A stretch of 64,000 bases of DNA from Candidatus Spongiisociaceae bacterium (GTDB lineage: Bacteria > Actinomycetota > Acidimicrobiia > Spongiisociales > Spongiisociaceae), in contig CBDCOH010000002.1 of the NCBI GenBank assembly GCA_965219685.1, positions 1,440,001-1,504,000 on the forward strand. Reading direction: 5' to 3'. The notes under the pieces were generated by a model, which made no database searches, was not told the DNA's origin, and saw only the letters and a list, made by a program, of their open reading frames with translations. Positions 1 to 10,859 of this stretch are shown here, in pieces; position 1 is the stretch's first letter; every line of letters begins with the position of its first letter. The position numbers and the translations under genes were made by a program.

Positions 1-182
1 AGTTCTCCGAACGCCGCGACCTCGGCCGTGACGACGCGGTCGTCGTCGAACTGGTCGGGGAAGTCGTAGCGGTGCGCCGCCTGGCGGAGTTGACAATAGG
101 GATGCTCATGGGGAAGCACGTAGCCGAGTTGGTCTGCTGGGATGGGCCCCAGAACGGTCATCACGCTTCCCGGGTCCGACAT
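1..182 (-). CDS. Phosphotriesterase-family (PHP) protein, 5' part (runs off the window edge)
   Basis: Not in the ORF track. Manual translation gives MSDPGSVMTVLGPIPADQLGYVLPHEHPYCQLRQAAHRYDFPDQF, with the VMTVLGP...HEH motif and an AGGAG RBS. Paralog of 25400..26341. Confidence 0.85.
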   Translation of the reverse strand, partial: MSDPGSVMTVLGPIPADQLGYVLPHEHPYCQLRQAAHRYDFPDQFDDDRVVTAEVAAFGE

Positions 183-310
183 GATCCATCTCCTGCGTTG
201 TTGCCTGACTCCGCGACAGTAAACGGGCCCGTGTCAGCGAGTCAACCGGTCCCGCACGCCGGCATCGCGGGCTCGCTCGGTCGCGTTTTCGGGAAGGAGA
301 ACGACATGGA

Positions 311-1324
311 ATGCCCGCCATGACGGGCCAGCTCGTCGTGGGCGTCGAAGGTCCCGGAACACCTGCTCGCGACTGGTCCGTCGAGCGCGACCTGCTCGAT
401 GCGGCGGGCGCCGCCCTCATGACATCCATTTGCGCAAGCGAGGAAGAAGCGGCCGCAGCCTTGCGCGACGCCGACGCCGGACTCGTCCACACGAGCCCGA
501 TCACCGGTGTCATCCTGGACATCGCCTCGAAGTGCCGCGCTCTGATCCTCGGCGGCGTCGGCTACGAACACGTCGATCTGGACCTCGCCTCCGAGCGCGG
601 TATTGCGGTCGCCAACGTGCCGGACTACTGCGTCGAGGAGGTGTCGGATCACGCCCTCGCCCTGCTCCTGGCCCTCGCCAGAGGCCTGATCCCCTTGCAT
701 ACAGCCAGCCGTCGCGGAGAGTGGGACCATCTAGCGGGAGGCAGGCTCACACGCGTCCGGGGATGCCGGCTCGGTCTCTACGGATTCGGGCGTATCGCTT
801 GCCGGCTCGCGGGCAAGGCGCGTGGTATCGGGCTCGAGGTCATGGCGTTCGACCCGTATGTGGACCGCTCCGAGATGGCAGACGCCTCGGTGATTCCGGC
901 GGAGAGCCTGGCCCAGCTTCTCGGCTGCTCCGACTTCGTGTCGCTGCACACCCATCAGACCCCGGAGACGGAGAACGTGATCAACGCCGATTCGATCCGG
1001 CTGATGAAACCGGGCGCCCGACTCGTCAACGTGTCTCGCGGCGCGTTGATCGAGGAGCGAGCGCTCTACGAGGCCCTCCGCTCCGGGCGCCTGGCCGGGG
1101 CGGCTCTCGACGTCATGGCCACCGAACCGTTCGACATGCACAGCCCGCTTCTGCGGCTCGACAACCTGGTCGTCACGCCGCACGCCGCGTGGTACTCGGA
1201 GCAGTCGGAACGCGAGCTCGGCAGGAAGATGGCCGGCGCGGCGATCCAGGCGCTGCGAGGAGAGCTTCCCGACCACACGATCAACGCACAGGCGGAGCCG
1301 CGCTTCTCGTGGATCGATTCGTGA
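311..1324 (+). CDS. D-2-hydroxyacid dehydrogenase (SerA/CtBP-like)
   Basis: NVPDYCVEEVSDH, GLYGFGRIA Rossmann motif, VNVSRG, ALDV..EP, TPHAAWYS. Confidence 0.9.
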   Translation: MPAMTGQLVVGVEGPGTPARDWSVERDLLDAAGAALMTSICASEEEAAAALRDADAGLVHTSPITGVILDIASKCRALILGGVGYEHVDLDLASERGIAVANVPDYCVEEVSDHALALLLALARGLIPLHTASRRGEWDHLAGGRLTRVRGCRLGLYGFGRIACRLAGKARGIGLEVMAFDPYVDRSEMADASVIPAESLAQLLGCSDFVSLHTHQTPETENVINADSIRLMKPGARLVNVSRGALIEERALYEALRSGRLAGAALDVMATEPFDMHSPLLRLDNLVVTPHAAWYSEQSERELGRKMAGAAIQALRGELPDHTINAQAEPRFSWIDS

Positions 1325-1597
1325 GGCGCCGGCAGCTTGGAAGGTGACGAGGGCGAGCCTACCAAGGAATCGCCAGATAACAAGATAACTTTATCAAGTT
1401 TAAGACTGTTCAGTGGCTGCGCCTTCAGCCCACTTGCAAGCGACCAGCACGTCCCCCAGGAGTCACTCCTGAGCATCCTCCCGAGTCGCCAACTGCTCAC
1501 CGGACGACTTCAAGGGCGATGCATGTATGATCACGGATCACCTGGCCCCGCGGTCGTTACCCGCGTCTTCCGGGGTCTAAAAGACGAAGGGAGAGAC

Positions 1598-3448
1598 ATG
1601 CTCAGGCAACGAACGGTCCGCTGGTTGGCGGTTCTGCTGACGATGGCGATCTTCGCAGCAGCTTGCGGCGACGACGACACCGAGGACGCCGCCCCTGCCA
1701 CTACGGCGGCGCCCGCAACGACTGCGGCGGCGCCTGCTACAACGGCCCCGCCGGACACCACCGCCGCACCCGAGGAGACGACTGCCACCACGGTGGTCGA
1801 GGTAGGCACCACCACCACGACCGAGGCGCCGGCCGGCGAGACGACCACTACGGCTGCCCCGACCACGACCACCACCGAGGCGATGGCCGAGCCCCTGACG
1901 GGCCGCGCCGCGACCGTTGTGATCGGCAAGAAGATGGATGCCGACACCGTGTTCGACCCGGCCAGGGCCTTCGAGGAACTGTACGTGCTTGTGCTCGGAT
2001 CCGTCTACGACACGCTCGTGCAGTGGGCGCCGACCGACAACGGATATGACTACCAGACGCTGATCCCCGAGCTGGCCACTGACTGGTCGTCCAACGACGA
2101 CGCCACGCAGTGGACCTTCACGCTGGACCCGAACGCTCGCTTCCACGATGGGTCCGCTGTCACCTCGGAGGACGTGGCCTACTCGTTCATGCGCCTCAAG
2201 AACGTGGCGGGAACGCCGTCCTACCAGGCGGCCAACATCGACAGCGCCGAAACCCCCGACGCCCAGACCGTCGTGTTCAACCTGGCCGCTCCCGATCCCG
2301 AGTTCCCGGCCCTGACCACGGCCGCCGCTTTCAGCGTCCTCAACAGCGAGTTGGTGACGGCCAACGGTGGTTCGGCCGGCGAGGACGCTTCGGAGACCGA
2401 CACGGCCGGGGAGTGGCTCGCTCTGAACAGCGCCGGCTCGGGTCCCTTCATGTTCGACTTCTCCGAGCCGGGTAGCCGTCTCGAGATCGTCCGGGTCGAC
2501 GACTACTGGGGCGGTCCGCCTGCCGCCATGGAGCGGGTCATCTTCGTGAACATCCCCGAAGCACAGTCGCGCATCGACGCGTTGAGCCGCGGCGACATCG
2601 ACCTGGCGTGGACGGTGATCCCGCACCAGGCCGCGTCGCTGGGCGGGGACTTCACGATCCTGCAGGCCAACACCAACCACTGGTACTACGTGATGTTCAC
2701 CACGGATCCGGACAACAACGCGTTCGTTGCCAACCCGACGGTCCAGAAGGCGCTGAAGTACGCCATCGACTACGACGGCCTCCAGCGACTCTGCCCCGGA
2801 TACACCGCCAACCGGGTGTACGGGCTCGCACCGATGCGGCTCGGAGGGATCACGGAAGGCTACGAGCGCGACCTGGACAAGGCCCGCGAGCTGCTGGTCG
2901 AGGCGGGCTATCCCGACGGCTACGACGATGCGGAGAACCCGATCCGTCTCCAGACCTTCCAGTGGAGCGGGTTCTGCCCGGGCTTCGGCGACGTCGCGCA
3001 GAAGCTGGCCGCTGACTTCGCGGACATCGGCGTGAAGACCGAGGTTCAGATCCGTGACGCCGGCGTCTTCTTCACCGACTTCCGCAAGGGCGACCTCGAC
3101 ATCAACGTGAGCGACTGGTTCCCCGAGTACCCGTCGGCGATGAACTCGGCACAGGTGTCGTTCGCAGACGGCTTCCTCTCATGGCAGCGGTCGCTGTGGC
3201 CGGACAACGCTGAGGGATGGCCGCTCTACGAGGAAACGCTGGCGGCGGGCCACGCCGCGCTGGCGGCGATCGACCCGGCGGAGCGGATCAGGCTCCTGAA
3301 CGAGACCGAGCGCCTGAGCCTGGAGAGCAACCCGACCCACCTGATGGTCGAGATCCCCGAGTGGTACCCGCATGTCAACACCCTGACGGGCGTCTACTAC
3401 CACGCCGTCTACCGGTTCGAGCCCTACCGGATGGGGCGGTCCCAGTAG
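1598..3448 (+). CDS. ABC peptide/nickel-family substrate-binding lipoprotein (SBP family 5) with Thr/Ala-rich linker
   Basis: Start moved to ATG 1598 after a GAAGGGAG RBS; lipobox AAAC; LATDWSSNDDATQWTFTL..RFHDG, GSGPF motifs. Confidence 0.9.
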   Translation: MLRQRTVRWLAVLLTMAIFAAACGDDDTEDAAPATTAAPATTAAAPATTAPPDTTAAPEETTATTVVEVGTTTTTEAPAGETTTTAAPTTTTTEAMAEPLTGRAATVVIGKKMDADTVFDPARAFEELYVLVLGSVYDTLVQWAPTDNGYDYQTLIPELATDWSSNDDATQWTFTLDPNARFHDGSAVTSEDVAYSFMRLKNVAGTPSYQAANIDSAETPDAQTVVFNLAAPDPEFPALTTAAAFSVLNSELVTANGGSAGEDASETDTAGEWLALNSAGSGPFMFDFSEPGSRLEIVRVDDYWGGPPAAMERVIFVNIPEAQSRIDALSRGDIDLAWTVIPHQAASLGGDFTILQANTNHWYYVMFTTDPDNNAFVANPTVQKALKYAIDYDGLQRLCPGYTANRVYGLAPMRLGGITEGYERDLDKARELLVEAGYPDGYDDAENPIRLQTFQWSGFCPGFGDVAQKLAADFADIGVKTEVQIRDAGVFFTDFRKGDLDINVSDWFPEYPSAMNSAQVSFADGFLSWQRSLWPDNAEGWPLYEETLAAGHAALAAIDPAERIRLLNETERLSLESNPTHLMVEIPEWYPHVNTLTGVYYHAVYRFEPYRMGRSQ

Positions 3449-3476
3449 TCGAGGCGTCGCAGGACTACGGACAACC

Positions 3477-3509
3477 GATCGGGGGCGACCCAGCCGGGCG
3501 CCCCCGATC
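3477..3509 (+). terminator. Stem-loop after the SBP gene (mRNA stabiliser or partial terminator)
   Basis: GATCGGGGGCG...CGCCCCCGATC 11-bp inverted repeat; no U-tract. Confidence 0.5.
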
Positions 3510-3549
3510 CCCGGTCGAGCGACTGACCCCATGACACGGAGTACGTGAG

Positions 3550-4587
3550 ATGCGCTGGGTCGTGTTACGGCGCCTCGCCCTAGCGCCGTTCGTGCTGCTG
3601 GGCATGACCTGCATAACCTTCTTCGTGTCCCAGTTGATCCCCATCGACCCGGTCGCGGCTTACCTTGGGGGTCGGGGAGCCTCTCAATCCGACGCCGCGG
3701 AACAGGCCATCATCGACGCCCTCAATGCCCGGTGGGGATGGGACAGACCGATCCCGGAGCGTTACTGGATCTACCTGACCAACCTGGCACAGGGCGACAT
3801 GGGCGAATCGAGCCACTCGGCGCGCGCGGTCAGCACCGACCTCGCCAACGTGGTGCCTCCCACCATCGAGTTGGTGGTGGCAGCCTTGCTGGTCGCTTTG
3901 GTCTTCGGCATCCCGCTCGGCGTGTTCGCGGCAGCCCGGCGGGGAGGCGTCTGGGACAATCTCTTCAAGGTGGTGTCCACCCTGGCGATCTCAGTCCCGG
4001 TGTTCTGGCTGGCCATCGTCGGGTTCACCGTCTTCTACGGACGGCTCGGATGGGCGGCCGGGCCGGGACAGTTGGACATCTTCACCCGCCCGCCGCCGGA
4101 CGTGACCGGGATGGTGACCGTCGACTCCATCCTGGCCCGCCGTTGGGACGCCCTCCTCGACACCCTGCACCATCTGGCGTTTCCCGCCCTGGTCCTGGGT
4201 CTGGTGATCGGCTTCTACTTCGCCCGCGTGGTCCGCTCGGAGATGGTCGACGCCCTGGAGTCGGACTACGTCCGCACCGCCCGTGGCAAGGGTCTGCGCC
4301 GGCGCCTGGTCCTCTACCGCCACGCCTTGCGCAACGCGGTCATCCCGGTGATCACGCTCTCGGGCCTCGCCTTCGGATCCCTGCTCACCGGGATCATCGT
4401 GGTCGAACATGTGGTGGGCTGGCCGGGCCTCGGCCAGTACGCCTTCACAGCGGCCACCCGCCTGGACCTCAACGCCATCGCCGGCGTGGTGCTGGTGATC
4501 AGCCTCGCCTACGTGCTGGCGAACCTGGCGGTCGACCTGCTCTATACGGTGGCCGACCCGCGGGTACGCGACGGGATGAGGTCATGA
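3550..4587 (+). CDS. ABC peptide transporter permease (DppB/OppB-like)
   Basis: DYVRTARGKG...HALRNA EAA loop, WPGLG, multiple TM segments. Confidence 0.92.
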   Translation: MRWVVLRRLALAPFVLLGMTCITFFVSQLIPIDPVAAYLGGRGASQSDAAEQAIIDALNARWGWDRPIPERYWIYLTNLAQGDMGESSHSARAVSTDLANVVPPTIELVVAALLVALVFGIPLGVFAAARRGGVWDNLFKVVSTLAISVPVFWLAIVGFTVFYGRLGWAAGPGQLDIFTRPPPDVTGMVTVDSILARRWDALLDTLHHLAFPALVLGLVIGFYFARVVRSEMVDALESDYVRTARGKGLRRRLVLYRHALRNAVIPVITLSGLAFGSLLTGIIVVEHVVGWPGLGQYAFTAATRLDLNAIAGVVLVISLAYVLANLAVDLLYTVADPRVRDGMRS

Positions 4588-5462
4588 CATCGGGCCGGCT
4601 CCGCCGTCTCCAGGAGACGATCCCGCATGCCCGTCTCGCCACGACGCTGACGTCACTCCGACCCCGCACCGCCCTCGAGACGTACGGTGTGGTGGTGATA
4701 CTGGTGATGGTGGCGGCGATCGCAGCCGCGCCACTCGTCGCTCCGGATCCGCTGGCCCAGGACCTCCCGTCGGCCCTGACCGGTTCGACTGCCGACCACT
4801 GGCTGGGCACCGACAACCTGGGCCGCGATCTGTGGTCGCGGATCCTCTACGGGGGTCGCGTGTCGCTGGTGATCGGCGTCTTCGTCCTCCTGACGGCGGG
4901 TGCCGTCGGGGTCCTCTACGGCGCGGTGTCCGGATACGCCGGGGGGATGGTCGACGCGGTGATGATGCGGATAGTCGACATCTTCCTGTCCTTCCCCTCC
5001 ATCATGCTGGCCCTGCTCATCTCCGCGGCGCTGGGACCCACCGTGAGGAACGTCATCATCGCCATCGCGGCCGCCTGGTGGCCGGTCTACGCCCGGCTGG
5101 TCCGGGGCCAGGTGATCGTGGTGAAGGAGCGCGAGTTCGTGACCGCCTCGCGGGCGCTCGGGGCCGGCCCGATCCGCAACCTGTTCCGAACGGTCCTCCC
5201 GAACAGCTTCGGGGTCATGAAGACGATCTTCGTCCTAGACGTCGGCTACGCCATCCTGGCCGGATCGACACTCGGCTTCCTGGGCCTAGGTGTCTCGCCC
5301 CCGACGCCCGAGTGGGGGTACATGATCCGGGAGGCGCTCCAGTACCCAACCCACTGGTGGTTCATCCTCAGCCCGGGCCTCGCCCTACTGCTGTTCGTGT
5401 CGGCTATCAACTTCGCCGGGGGCATCGTTACCCGGTCGGTGCATGAAGTCCCCGTCCGCTGA
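4584..5462 (+). CDS. ABC peptide transporter permease (DppC/OppC-like)
   Basis: HWLGTDNLGRDLWSRILYGGRVSL, EFVTASRALGA, PPTPEWG; ATGA overlap with the previous gene. Confidence 0.92.
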   Translation: MTSGRLRRLQETIPHARLATTLTSLRPRTALETYGVVVILVMVAAIAAAPLVAPDPLAQDLPSALTGSTADHWLGTDNLGRDLWSRILYGGRVSLVIGVFVLLTAGAVGVLYGAVSGYAGGMVDAVMMRIVDIFLSFPSIMLALLISAALGPTVRNVIIAIAAAWWPVYARLVRGQVIVVKEREFVTASRALGAGPIRNLFRTVLPNSFGVMKTIFVLDVGYAILAGSTLGFLGLGVSPPTPEWGYMIREALQYPTHWWFILSPGLALLLFVSAINFAGGIVTRSVHEVPVR

Positions 5463-6567
5463 GCCCGGCACGGGAACGGCCGAGACGCCGAAGCAGGAGC
5501 GGCCTCTGCTGTCGGTGAGGGACCTGAGCGTGACGTTCCGGGCCGAGTCGGTGGTACGAGCCGTCCGGGAGGTCTCCTACGACCTGGCCGCCGGCGAACA
5601 GGTGGGGCTGGTGGGCGAGAGCGGGTCGGGCAAGAGCGCCGGAGCTCTGGCGCTGGTGGGACTGTTGCCCGACTACGCGGACCTGTCCGGACGCGTGACA
5701 CTGGAAGGAACCGACCTGATGCAACTGACCGAGCGAGAGCTCCGGGAGGTCCGCGGCGACCGGGTCGGGATCGTCTACCAGGACCCGTTCAGCTCCCTCA
5801 ACCCGGTCCTCACAATCAGCAAGCAGCTCACAGAGGTGCTACGCAAGCACAAGAGAGTCGGCGCTCGGGCGGCCCGCCGGGAGGCGGCCCGACTCCTGGG
5901 AGACGTTGGGGTCCCCAATGCGGAAGAAAGGCTCTCCGACTATCCCCACCAGTTCTCCGGAGGAATGCGCCAGCGAGCGGTCATCGCCATGGCGGTGGCG
6001 CCGAGGCCGGCACTGCTGATCGCTGACGAGCCGACCACCGCCCTCGATGTGACGGTCCAGGCCCAGATACTGGAGCTTCTCCAGGAGCTGACCTCGGAGC
6101 ACCGGACCACCATGCTGCTCATCACCCATGATCTCGGCGTGGTGGCCGGAGTGACCCAGCGCGTGATGGTCATGTACGCGGGGCGGATCGTCGAGTCATC
6201 CACCACCGCGGACGTGTTCACCAGGGCGTCCCATCCGTACACCGTGGCCCTGCACAGGTCGCTGCCCCGCATCGATGTCCGCCAGGAGCGCCTCGTGACG
6301 ATCGAGGGTCAGCCTCCCGATCCGACCCGCCACGTCGAGGGGTGTCCTTTCGCTCCCCGATGCCCGTCCAGAATCGATCGATGCTCGACGGAGGACCCCC
6401 CGCTGATGACCATCCCCACCGCGCGGCGTGCCACGGCCGAGGGCTGGGATCTGCAATCGGTCCGCGAGGCGGACGGGATCCGCGTTCCGGGACCGGGTAG
6501 CCCGCACCTGACCGCGTGCTGGAACCCTCCGGAACTGCTCGGAGACGAGAGGGGACCCACCGGATGA
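5443..6567 (+). CDS. ABC peptide transporter ATP-binding protein (DppD/OppD-like)
   Basis: GESGSGKS Walker [23 protein letters not shown], Cys-rich C-terminus. Confidence 0.93.
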   Translation: MKSPSAEPGTGTAETPKQERPLLSVRDLSVTFRAESVVRAVREVSYDLAAGEQVGLVGESGSGKSAGALALVGLLPDYADLSGRVTLEGTDLMQLTERELREVRGDRVGIVYQDPFSSLNPVLTISKQLTEVLRKHKRVGARAARREAARLLGDVGVPNAEERLSDYPHQFSGGMRQRAVIAMAVAPRPALLIADEPTTALDVTVQAQILELLQELTSEHRTTMLLITHDLGVVAGVTQRVMVMYAGRIVESSTTADVFTRASHPYTVALHRSLPRIDVRQERLVTIEGQPPDPTRHVEGCPFAPRCPSRIDRCSTEDPPLMTIPTARRATAEGWDLQSVREADGIRVPGPGSPHLTACWNPPELLGDERGPTG

Positions 6568-7664
6568 GTCCCGGCCCCGGCCCGAGCCCGGCTCTCGTCG
6601 AGGTCGAGGACCTGCGCGTCTGGTTTCCCGGCGGGCGGGGACGATCGACCAGCCGGCGCGGCTCTATCAAGGCGGTGGATGGGATTACCTTCTCCGTCCA
6701 CCGTGGGGAGACCCTGGGGCTGGTGGGCGAATCGGGATGTGGCAAGACGACGACCGCTCGGGCCATCCTCAAGCTCCTCCCCCCCACCGAGGGGCGTGTG
6801 CTGTTCGACGGCGTCGATCTCGCAACCATCTCAGGTCGGGAACTCAGGTTGGTCCGCCGCCGGATGCAGCCCGTGTTCCAGGACCCGTTCTCAAGCCTCA
6901 ACCCGCAGCGGACGGTGGGACGCATAGTGGCCGAGCCGCTCGTAATCCACCGGCAGGGAACGGCGGCGGAGCGCAGGGCAAGGGTTTCCGAACTGCTCGA
7001 AACGGTCGGGCTTCCACCGGATGCCGCCAACCGTTACCCGCACGCGTTCAGCGGAGGGCAGCGCCAACGGATCGCCATCGCCCGGGCAATGGCCCTGCAA
7101 CCCGACCTGATCATCGCCGACGAGCCCGTCAGCGCTCTCGACGTGAGCATCCGCGCCCAGATACTCAACCTGCTCAGCGACCTGCAGCGGGAGTTCCACC
7201 TCACCTACCTGGTCATCGCGCACGACCTCGCCCTCGTGCGGCAGGTGACCGACCGGGTCGGCGTGATGTACCTGGGCAAGGTTGTCGAGATGCGACCCAC
7301 CGAAGACCTATACCGGGCGCCGCTGCACCCGTATACGGTCGCGCTGCTGTCGTCGGCGCCCATCCCGGACACCGAGGCCGAGGCGAGCCGGCAACGTATC
7401 GTGCTGGAGGGTGACGTACCGAACCCGGCCGAACCGCCGACCGGTTGCCGGTTCCACACCCGCTGCTGGCTCCGGAAGAACCTGGGCAACCCCAACGTCT
7501 GCACGACCGAGCCACCACCTCTGACCCCCCTCGTGGAGAAAGGCGCCGCGGGAGCCGTGGCCTGCCACTTTCCTGGCGAGGTCGAGAGTTCCGACGAACG
7601 GCGCGAGACGTTGGTGGCCCTCACCGGCTCGGGGGGAGGCTCAGCCGGTGAGGGCCCACGGTAG
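6564..7664 (+). CDS. ABC peptide transporter ATP-binding protein (DppF/OppF-like)
   Basis: [39 protein letters not shown]; ATGA overlap. Confidence 0.93.
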   Translation: MSPGPGPSPALVEVEDLRVWFPGGRGRSTSRRGSIKAVDGITFSVHRGETLGLVGESGCGKTTTARAILKLLPPTEGRVLFDGVDLATISGRELRLVRRRMQPVFQDPFSSLNPQRTVGRIVAEPLVIHRQGTAAERRARVSELLETVGLPPDAANRYPHAFSGGQRQRIAIARAMALQPDLIIADEPVSALDVSIRAQILNLLSDLQREFHLTYLVIAHDLALVRQVTDRVGVMYLGKVVEMRPTEDLYRAPLHPYTVALLSSAPIPDTEAEASRQRIVLEGDVPNPAEPPTGCRFHTRCWLRKNLGNPNVCTTEPPPLTPLVEKGAAGAVACHFPGEVESSDERRETLVALTGSGGGSAGEGPR

Positions 7665-7678
7665 GTTCCTAGGCAGGT

Positions 7679-8002
7679 CTAGGCTCCGGTCGCCAAGTCC
7701 GTGGAAGCGCCGTCGCGCTTGTCTGTGGTCCCCTCGCTTGTCGGCTCTTCACCAGGACGGGCCTCGTCAGCCTCCATCGGCCGATCGACTGCGCCGTTCT
7801 CCTCGCGATTCCTCCCGTTGTCTGCCCTGGATGTGAACAGGGGGCTCATCAGCACGGCGCCGACCAGGATCACCACCGCGGGCAACAGCCACCGCGGTGT
7901 CCCGAACAGCCAACCGCGGGCAGGGAAGCCGATCCAGGCGGCAAGCACGATGAGTGCCAGTCCGAATGCCAGCGAGAACATATTGAACGAATGGCGTTTC
8001 AT
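7679..8002 (-). CDS. Small 2-TM membrane protein of the PspC cluster
   Basis: MKRH..FSLAFGL N-terminus, two hydrophobic helices, coupled to the upstream PspC gene. Confidence 0.7.
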   Translation of the reverse strand: MKRHSFNMFSLAFGLALIVLAAWIGFPARGWLFGTPRWLLPAVVILVGAVLMSPLFTSRADNGRNREENGAVDRPMEADEARPGEEPTSEGTTDKRDGASTDLATGA

Positions 8003-9537
8003 CGTCCCTCCTCCACGATCACAGTTCCCTCACCGAGGCGGATGTCCAAGGTGAGCCGGTGGGCGCCTGAGATCTGACTTGTGTGCCTCGCACTCAGGTT
8101 GGACCCTTCACGCACTTCATCGAACACGGTGAGGCGCCCATGGTCCACCCGGGCGGTAACCCGCAAGCCCAAGTGCCGGGGAACGGTCACCCACACCTCA
8201 CCAAGATCCACGTCGACATCCACGCGCCTGTCGTCCTCGAGGAACAGGTCGCTCAAGTCGAGCCGCAGCGAACCATCATCCAGGGCGTAGTCGTCGCGAA
8301 GGAACTCGCCGAGCTGGATTCGGTAGTACTCTCTCACGGCCGTTCCGTCGCCTCTCGGAGGTTCAGGCACGCTCTCGGGCAGGGCTGGGTCGGGAGCCGG
8401 TCGCGCCCTTACGAGCACCTGGCCGATTCCAACGTCGGCGTCGAGCAGCAGCCTTCCCTCGGACCCTTCCAGGTGGTACACGGCATCGACTCCCAGTCCG
8501 CTGTATCGCTGGGAGCCAACCCTCAATTCCCCGATGCCCACGTCACCGTCCACCCTGGCTGACACACCCTCAGGGATGTACACGATCACCTCGCCGATTC
8601 CTAGATCGACCTCGGTCGCCACCGTTCGGCCGTCGAAGTCGACACCCCTGAGGTCGATGAGCAACGAGCCGAAACCCAGGTCGTATCCGTGGAGTATCCC
8701 CTCCACCGAACCGGGCCGATGGATGGAACGCTCGCTCATCGTGAAGTTGAGTTCGAACGGCGACCTTCCGTCGACCAGATCAGCCAACGGCGACAGGACC
8801 AGGAACGGTATCAGGACCATGCCGAGCACGATCAGACCCCCCGGGCGACCGAACCAGGCTCCTACAACCAGCCCGACACCGATGACCGCCACCAGCAAGG
8901 CGACGTAATGGCTGAACTGGGGATGGAAACCGGGAATGACGCTGTCGAACAGTCCTAATGCTCCCAGCGCCAGCACCGCGAACCCCACCGTGACCCTACC
9001 CAGTATCGAAGTCTCCGGTGGCGTAGGAGGTGTCTGCGCCGGCGGCGCCGGCGGGGTCGGATCCGGCGGCCCGCTCTCCGAATCAGGGACCACCGCCTGA
9101 ACGGGGGGTGTTCGAGAGGCCTGATCGGACGATGGCGCGACAGCCTGCTGGCGTACGTCACGGCTCAGATCCCCGCGGTAGAGCATCACGCCGATGCCGA
9201 TCAGCACCACCGCGAAGGCCAGGTCGCCCCGGATCAGTCCTGTCTCCGAGACCAGGATGATGACGGCGAGACCGACGAGGATCACACCCACCCACCGTCG
9301 GGCCTGGCCGGTACCCAACCAGCCCTGCACGATCGCATCGGTCTCACCCTCGCCCGGGATCAGTAGCCAGCCCGCTACGTACAGAAGCGCGCCCAGCCCG
9401 CCTGCGAAGCAGAGCAGGGCGAAAGCAATCCGGATGACCCAGACGGGCACACCGAAGCGGAGACCCAGGCCAGCCGCGACCCCGGCTAGCCAGCGGCCCT
9501 CGTCAGGCCGGTGAAGTGATGCAGTTTCGTTACTCAT
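7999..9537 (-). CDS. PspC-domain membrane protein with LiaF-like (DUF2154) C-terminal domains
   Basis: LHRPDEGRWLAGVAAGLG..IRIAF..YVAGWLLIP PspC motif; repeated GxLxLDL / GIGEVxV beta motifs. Confidence 0.85.
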   Translation of the reverse strand: MSNETASLHRPDEGRWLAGVAAGLGLRFGVPVWVIRIAFALLCFAGGLGALLYVAGWLLIPGEGETDAIVQGWLGTGQARRWVGVILVGLAVIILVSETGLIRGDLAFAVVLIGIGVMLYRGDLSRDVRQQAVAPSSDQASRTPPVQAVVPDSESGPPDPTPPAPPAQTPPTPPETSILGRVTVGFAVLALGALGLFDSVIPGFHPQFSHYVALLVAVIGVGLVVGAWFGRPGGLIVLGMVLIPFLVLSPLADLVDGRSPFELNFTMSERSIHRPGSVEGILHGYDLGFGSLLIDLRGVDFDGRTVATEVDLGIGEVIVYIPEGVSARVDGDVGIGELRVGSQRYSGLGVDAVYHLEGSEGRLLLDADVGIGQVLVRARPAPDPALPESVPEPPRGDGTAVREYYRIQLGEFLRDDYALDDGSLRLDLSDLFLEDDRRVDVDVDLGEVWVTVPRHLGLRVTARVDHGRLTVFDEVREGSNLSARHTSQISGAHRLTLDIRLGEGTVIVEEGR

Positions 9538-9659
9538 GCTCTAACTATGCGCCGAGTGAACCGGATTGTCTATGGGGTATCACCCTGGTCCATCCCTGAG
9601 TGCCTGAGTACCACTATGGGTATGTCACCGGTTGTTCGCAGTACTCGTGCAGTGAGACA

Positions 9660-10859
9660 ATGCTCAGAATGCAGACGGCACGATCCTCCAGCTTCCAGCG
9701 CATCGGCGGCGTCATCTCACGGCGTCGGGACGGCCGGCTGATCGCGGGTGTGGCCGGCGGACTCGCTGACCGGATCGGCATCGCCGATCTGTACGTTCGC
9801 GCCGGCTTCCTGGTCCTAGCACTCATATGGGGAATCGGCGTGTTCGTCTACGTGGTGCTCTGGGCGCTGACCCTGGACCGGATTGAGGTCCGGCCACCCG
9901 CCACACATGCCGGTGAGCACCGCAGAGCTGGTTACTTCCTGATGTTCGCTGGTGGTCTGCTGATCCTCAGGACGGTGGGGATCTGGAGCGGCGACGGGTT
10001 GGTGTGGCCGGGAGCGGCGGTGATCCTGGGTGTGGCCTTCCTGATGGACCGGCGCGACATCGATCCCCGCTCTGCGATCCTGGCGCTCTTCGACCCGGAC
10101 AGCGGCAGGTTCCGGAGCCGCACCGTGCTCGGAATCCTGCTCCTGGTGGTAGGCCTTTCGATCCTGGGCGCTGCGGCTGTCCCGGCGGTCGAGACAGTGA
10201 TCTTGGCGGTGCTCGTGACGGGAGTGGGGATGGCGGTGCTGTTCGGACCGTGGGTGTGGAGGCTGGTGGCCGATCTTGGCGCCGAACGCAGCAAGCGGAT
10301 CCGCGAGGAGGAGCGGGCTGACATGGCCGCCCATCTGCATGACTCGGTCCTCCAGACCCTGGCTCTGATCCAGAGGACCGACGATCCCAGGCGGGTCGTC
10401 ACCCTGGCCCGCGTACAGGAGAGGGAGTTGCGCCGCTGGCTGTACGACTCGACCCCGGCTGACGGCAAGGAGCTACTGTCCCGCGCACTGCAGAACGAGG
10501 TGGACCGCATCGAGAACACCTTCGACATCCCGGTGGAGCTGGTCACGGTCGGTGACCGCCCTGTGGATGACCACGTCCGGGCGATGGTGGCGGCGGCTGG
10601 CGAGGCTCTCACCAACGCGGCCCGGCATTCGGGCGCAGATCAGATATCGGTGTACTCCGAGGTGACGGATGCATCCGCCGATGTCTGGGTGTCGGATCTG
10701 GGCCGGGGTTTCGACACAGGGCTGGTGGCTCCGGATCGACGTGGCATCGCCGAATCGATAGTCGGCCGCATGCTGAACCATGGCGGGTCGGCAACTGTCT
10801 CGTCGGAGCTCGGGGAAGGAACCGAGGTACACCTCCGACTGACTGGGGAAGGAAAATGA
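9660..10859 (+). CDS. PspC-domain sensor histidine kinase
   Basis: N-terminal PspC motif, AAHLHDSVLQ H-box, EALTNAARH N-box, DLGRGFD, GEGTEV. Confidence 0.9.
   Translation: MLRMQTARSSSFQRIGGVISRRRDGRLIAGVAGGLADRIGIADLYVRAGFLVLALIWGIGVFVYVVLWALTLDRIEVRPPATHAGEHRRAGYFLMFAGGLLILRTVGIWSGDGLVWPGAAVILGVAFLMDRRDIDPRSAILALFDPDSGRFRSRTVLGILLLVVGLSILGAAAVPAVETVILAVLVTGVGMAVLFGPWVWRLVADLGAERSKRIREEERADMAAHLHDSVLQTLALIQRTDDPRRVVTLARVQERELRRWLYDSTPADGKELLSRALQNEVDRIENTFDIPVELVTVGDRPVDDHVRAMVAAAGEALTNAARHSGADQISVYSEVTDASADVWVSDLGRGFDTGLVAPDRRGIAESIVGRMLNHGGSATVSSELGEGTEVHLRLTGEGK

Noticed and set aside
1680-1880. ACC/ACG-rich repeats in the SBP gene (also at 29700-29900 and 59420-59460)
   Set aside because: These encode Thr/Ala-rich linkers of secreted proteins and are not independent DNA elements.
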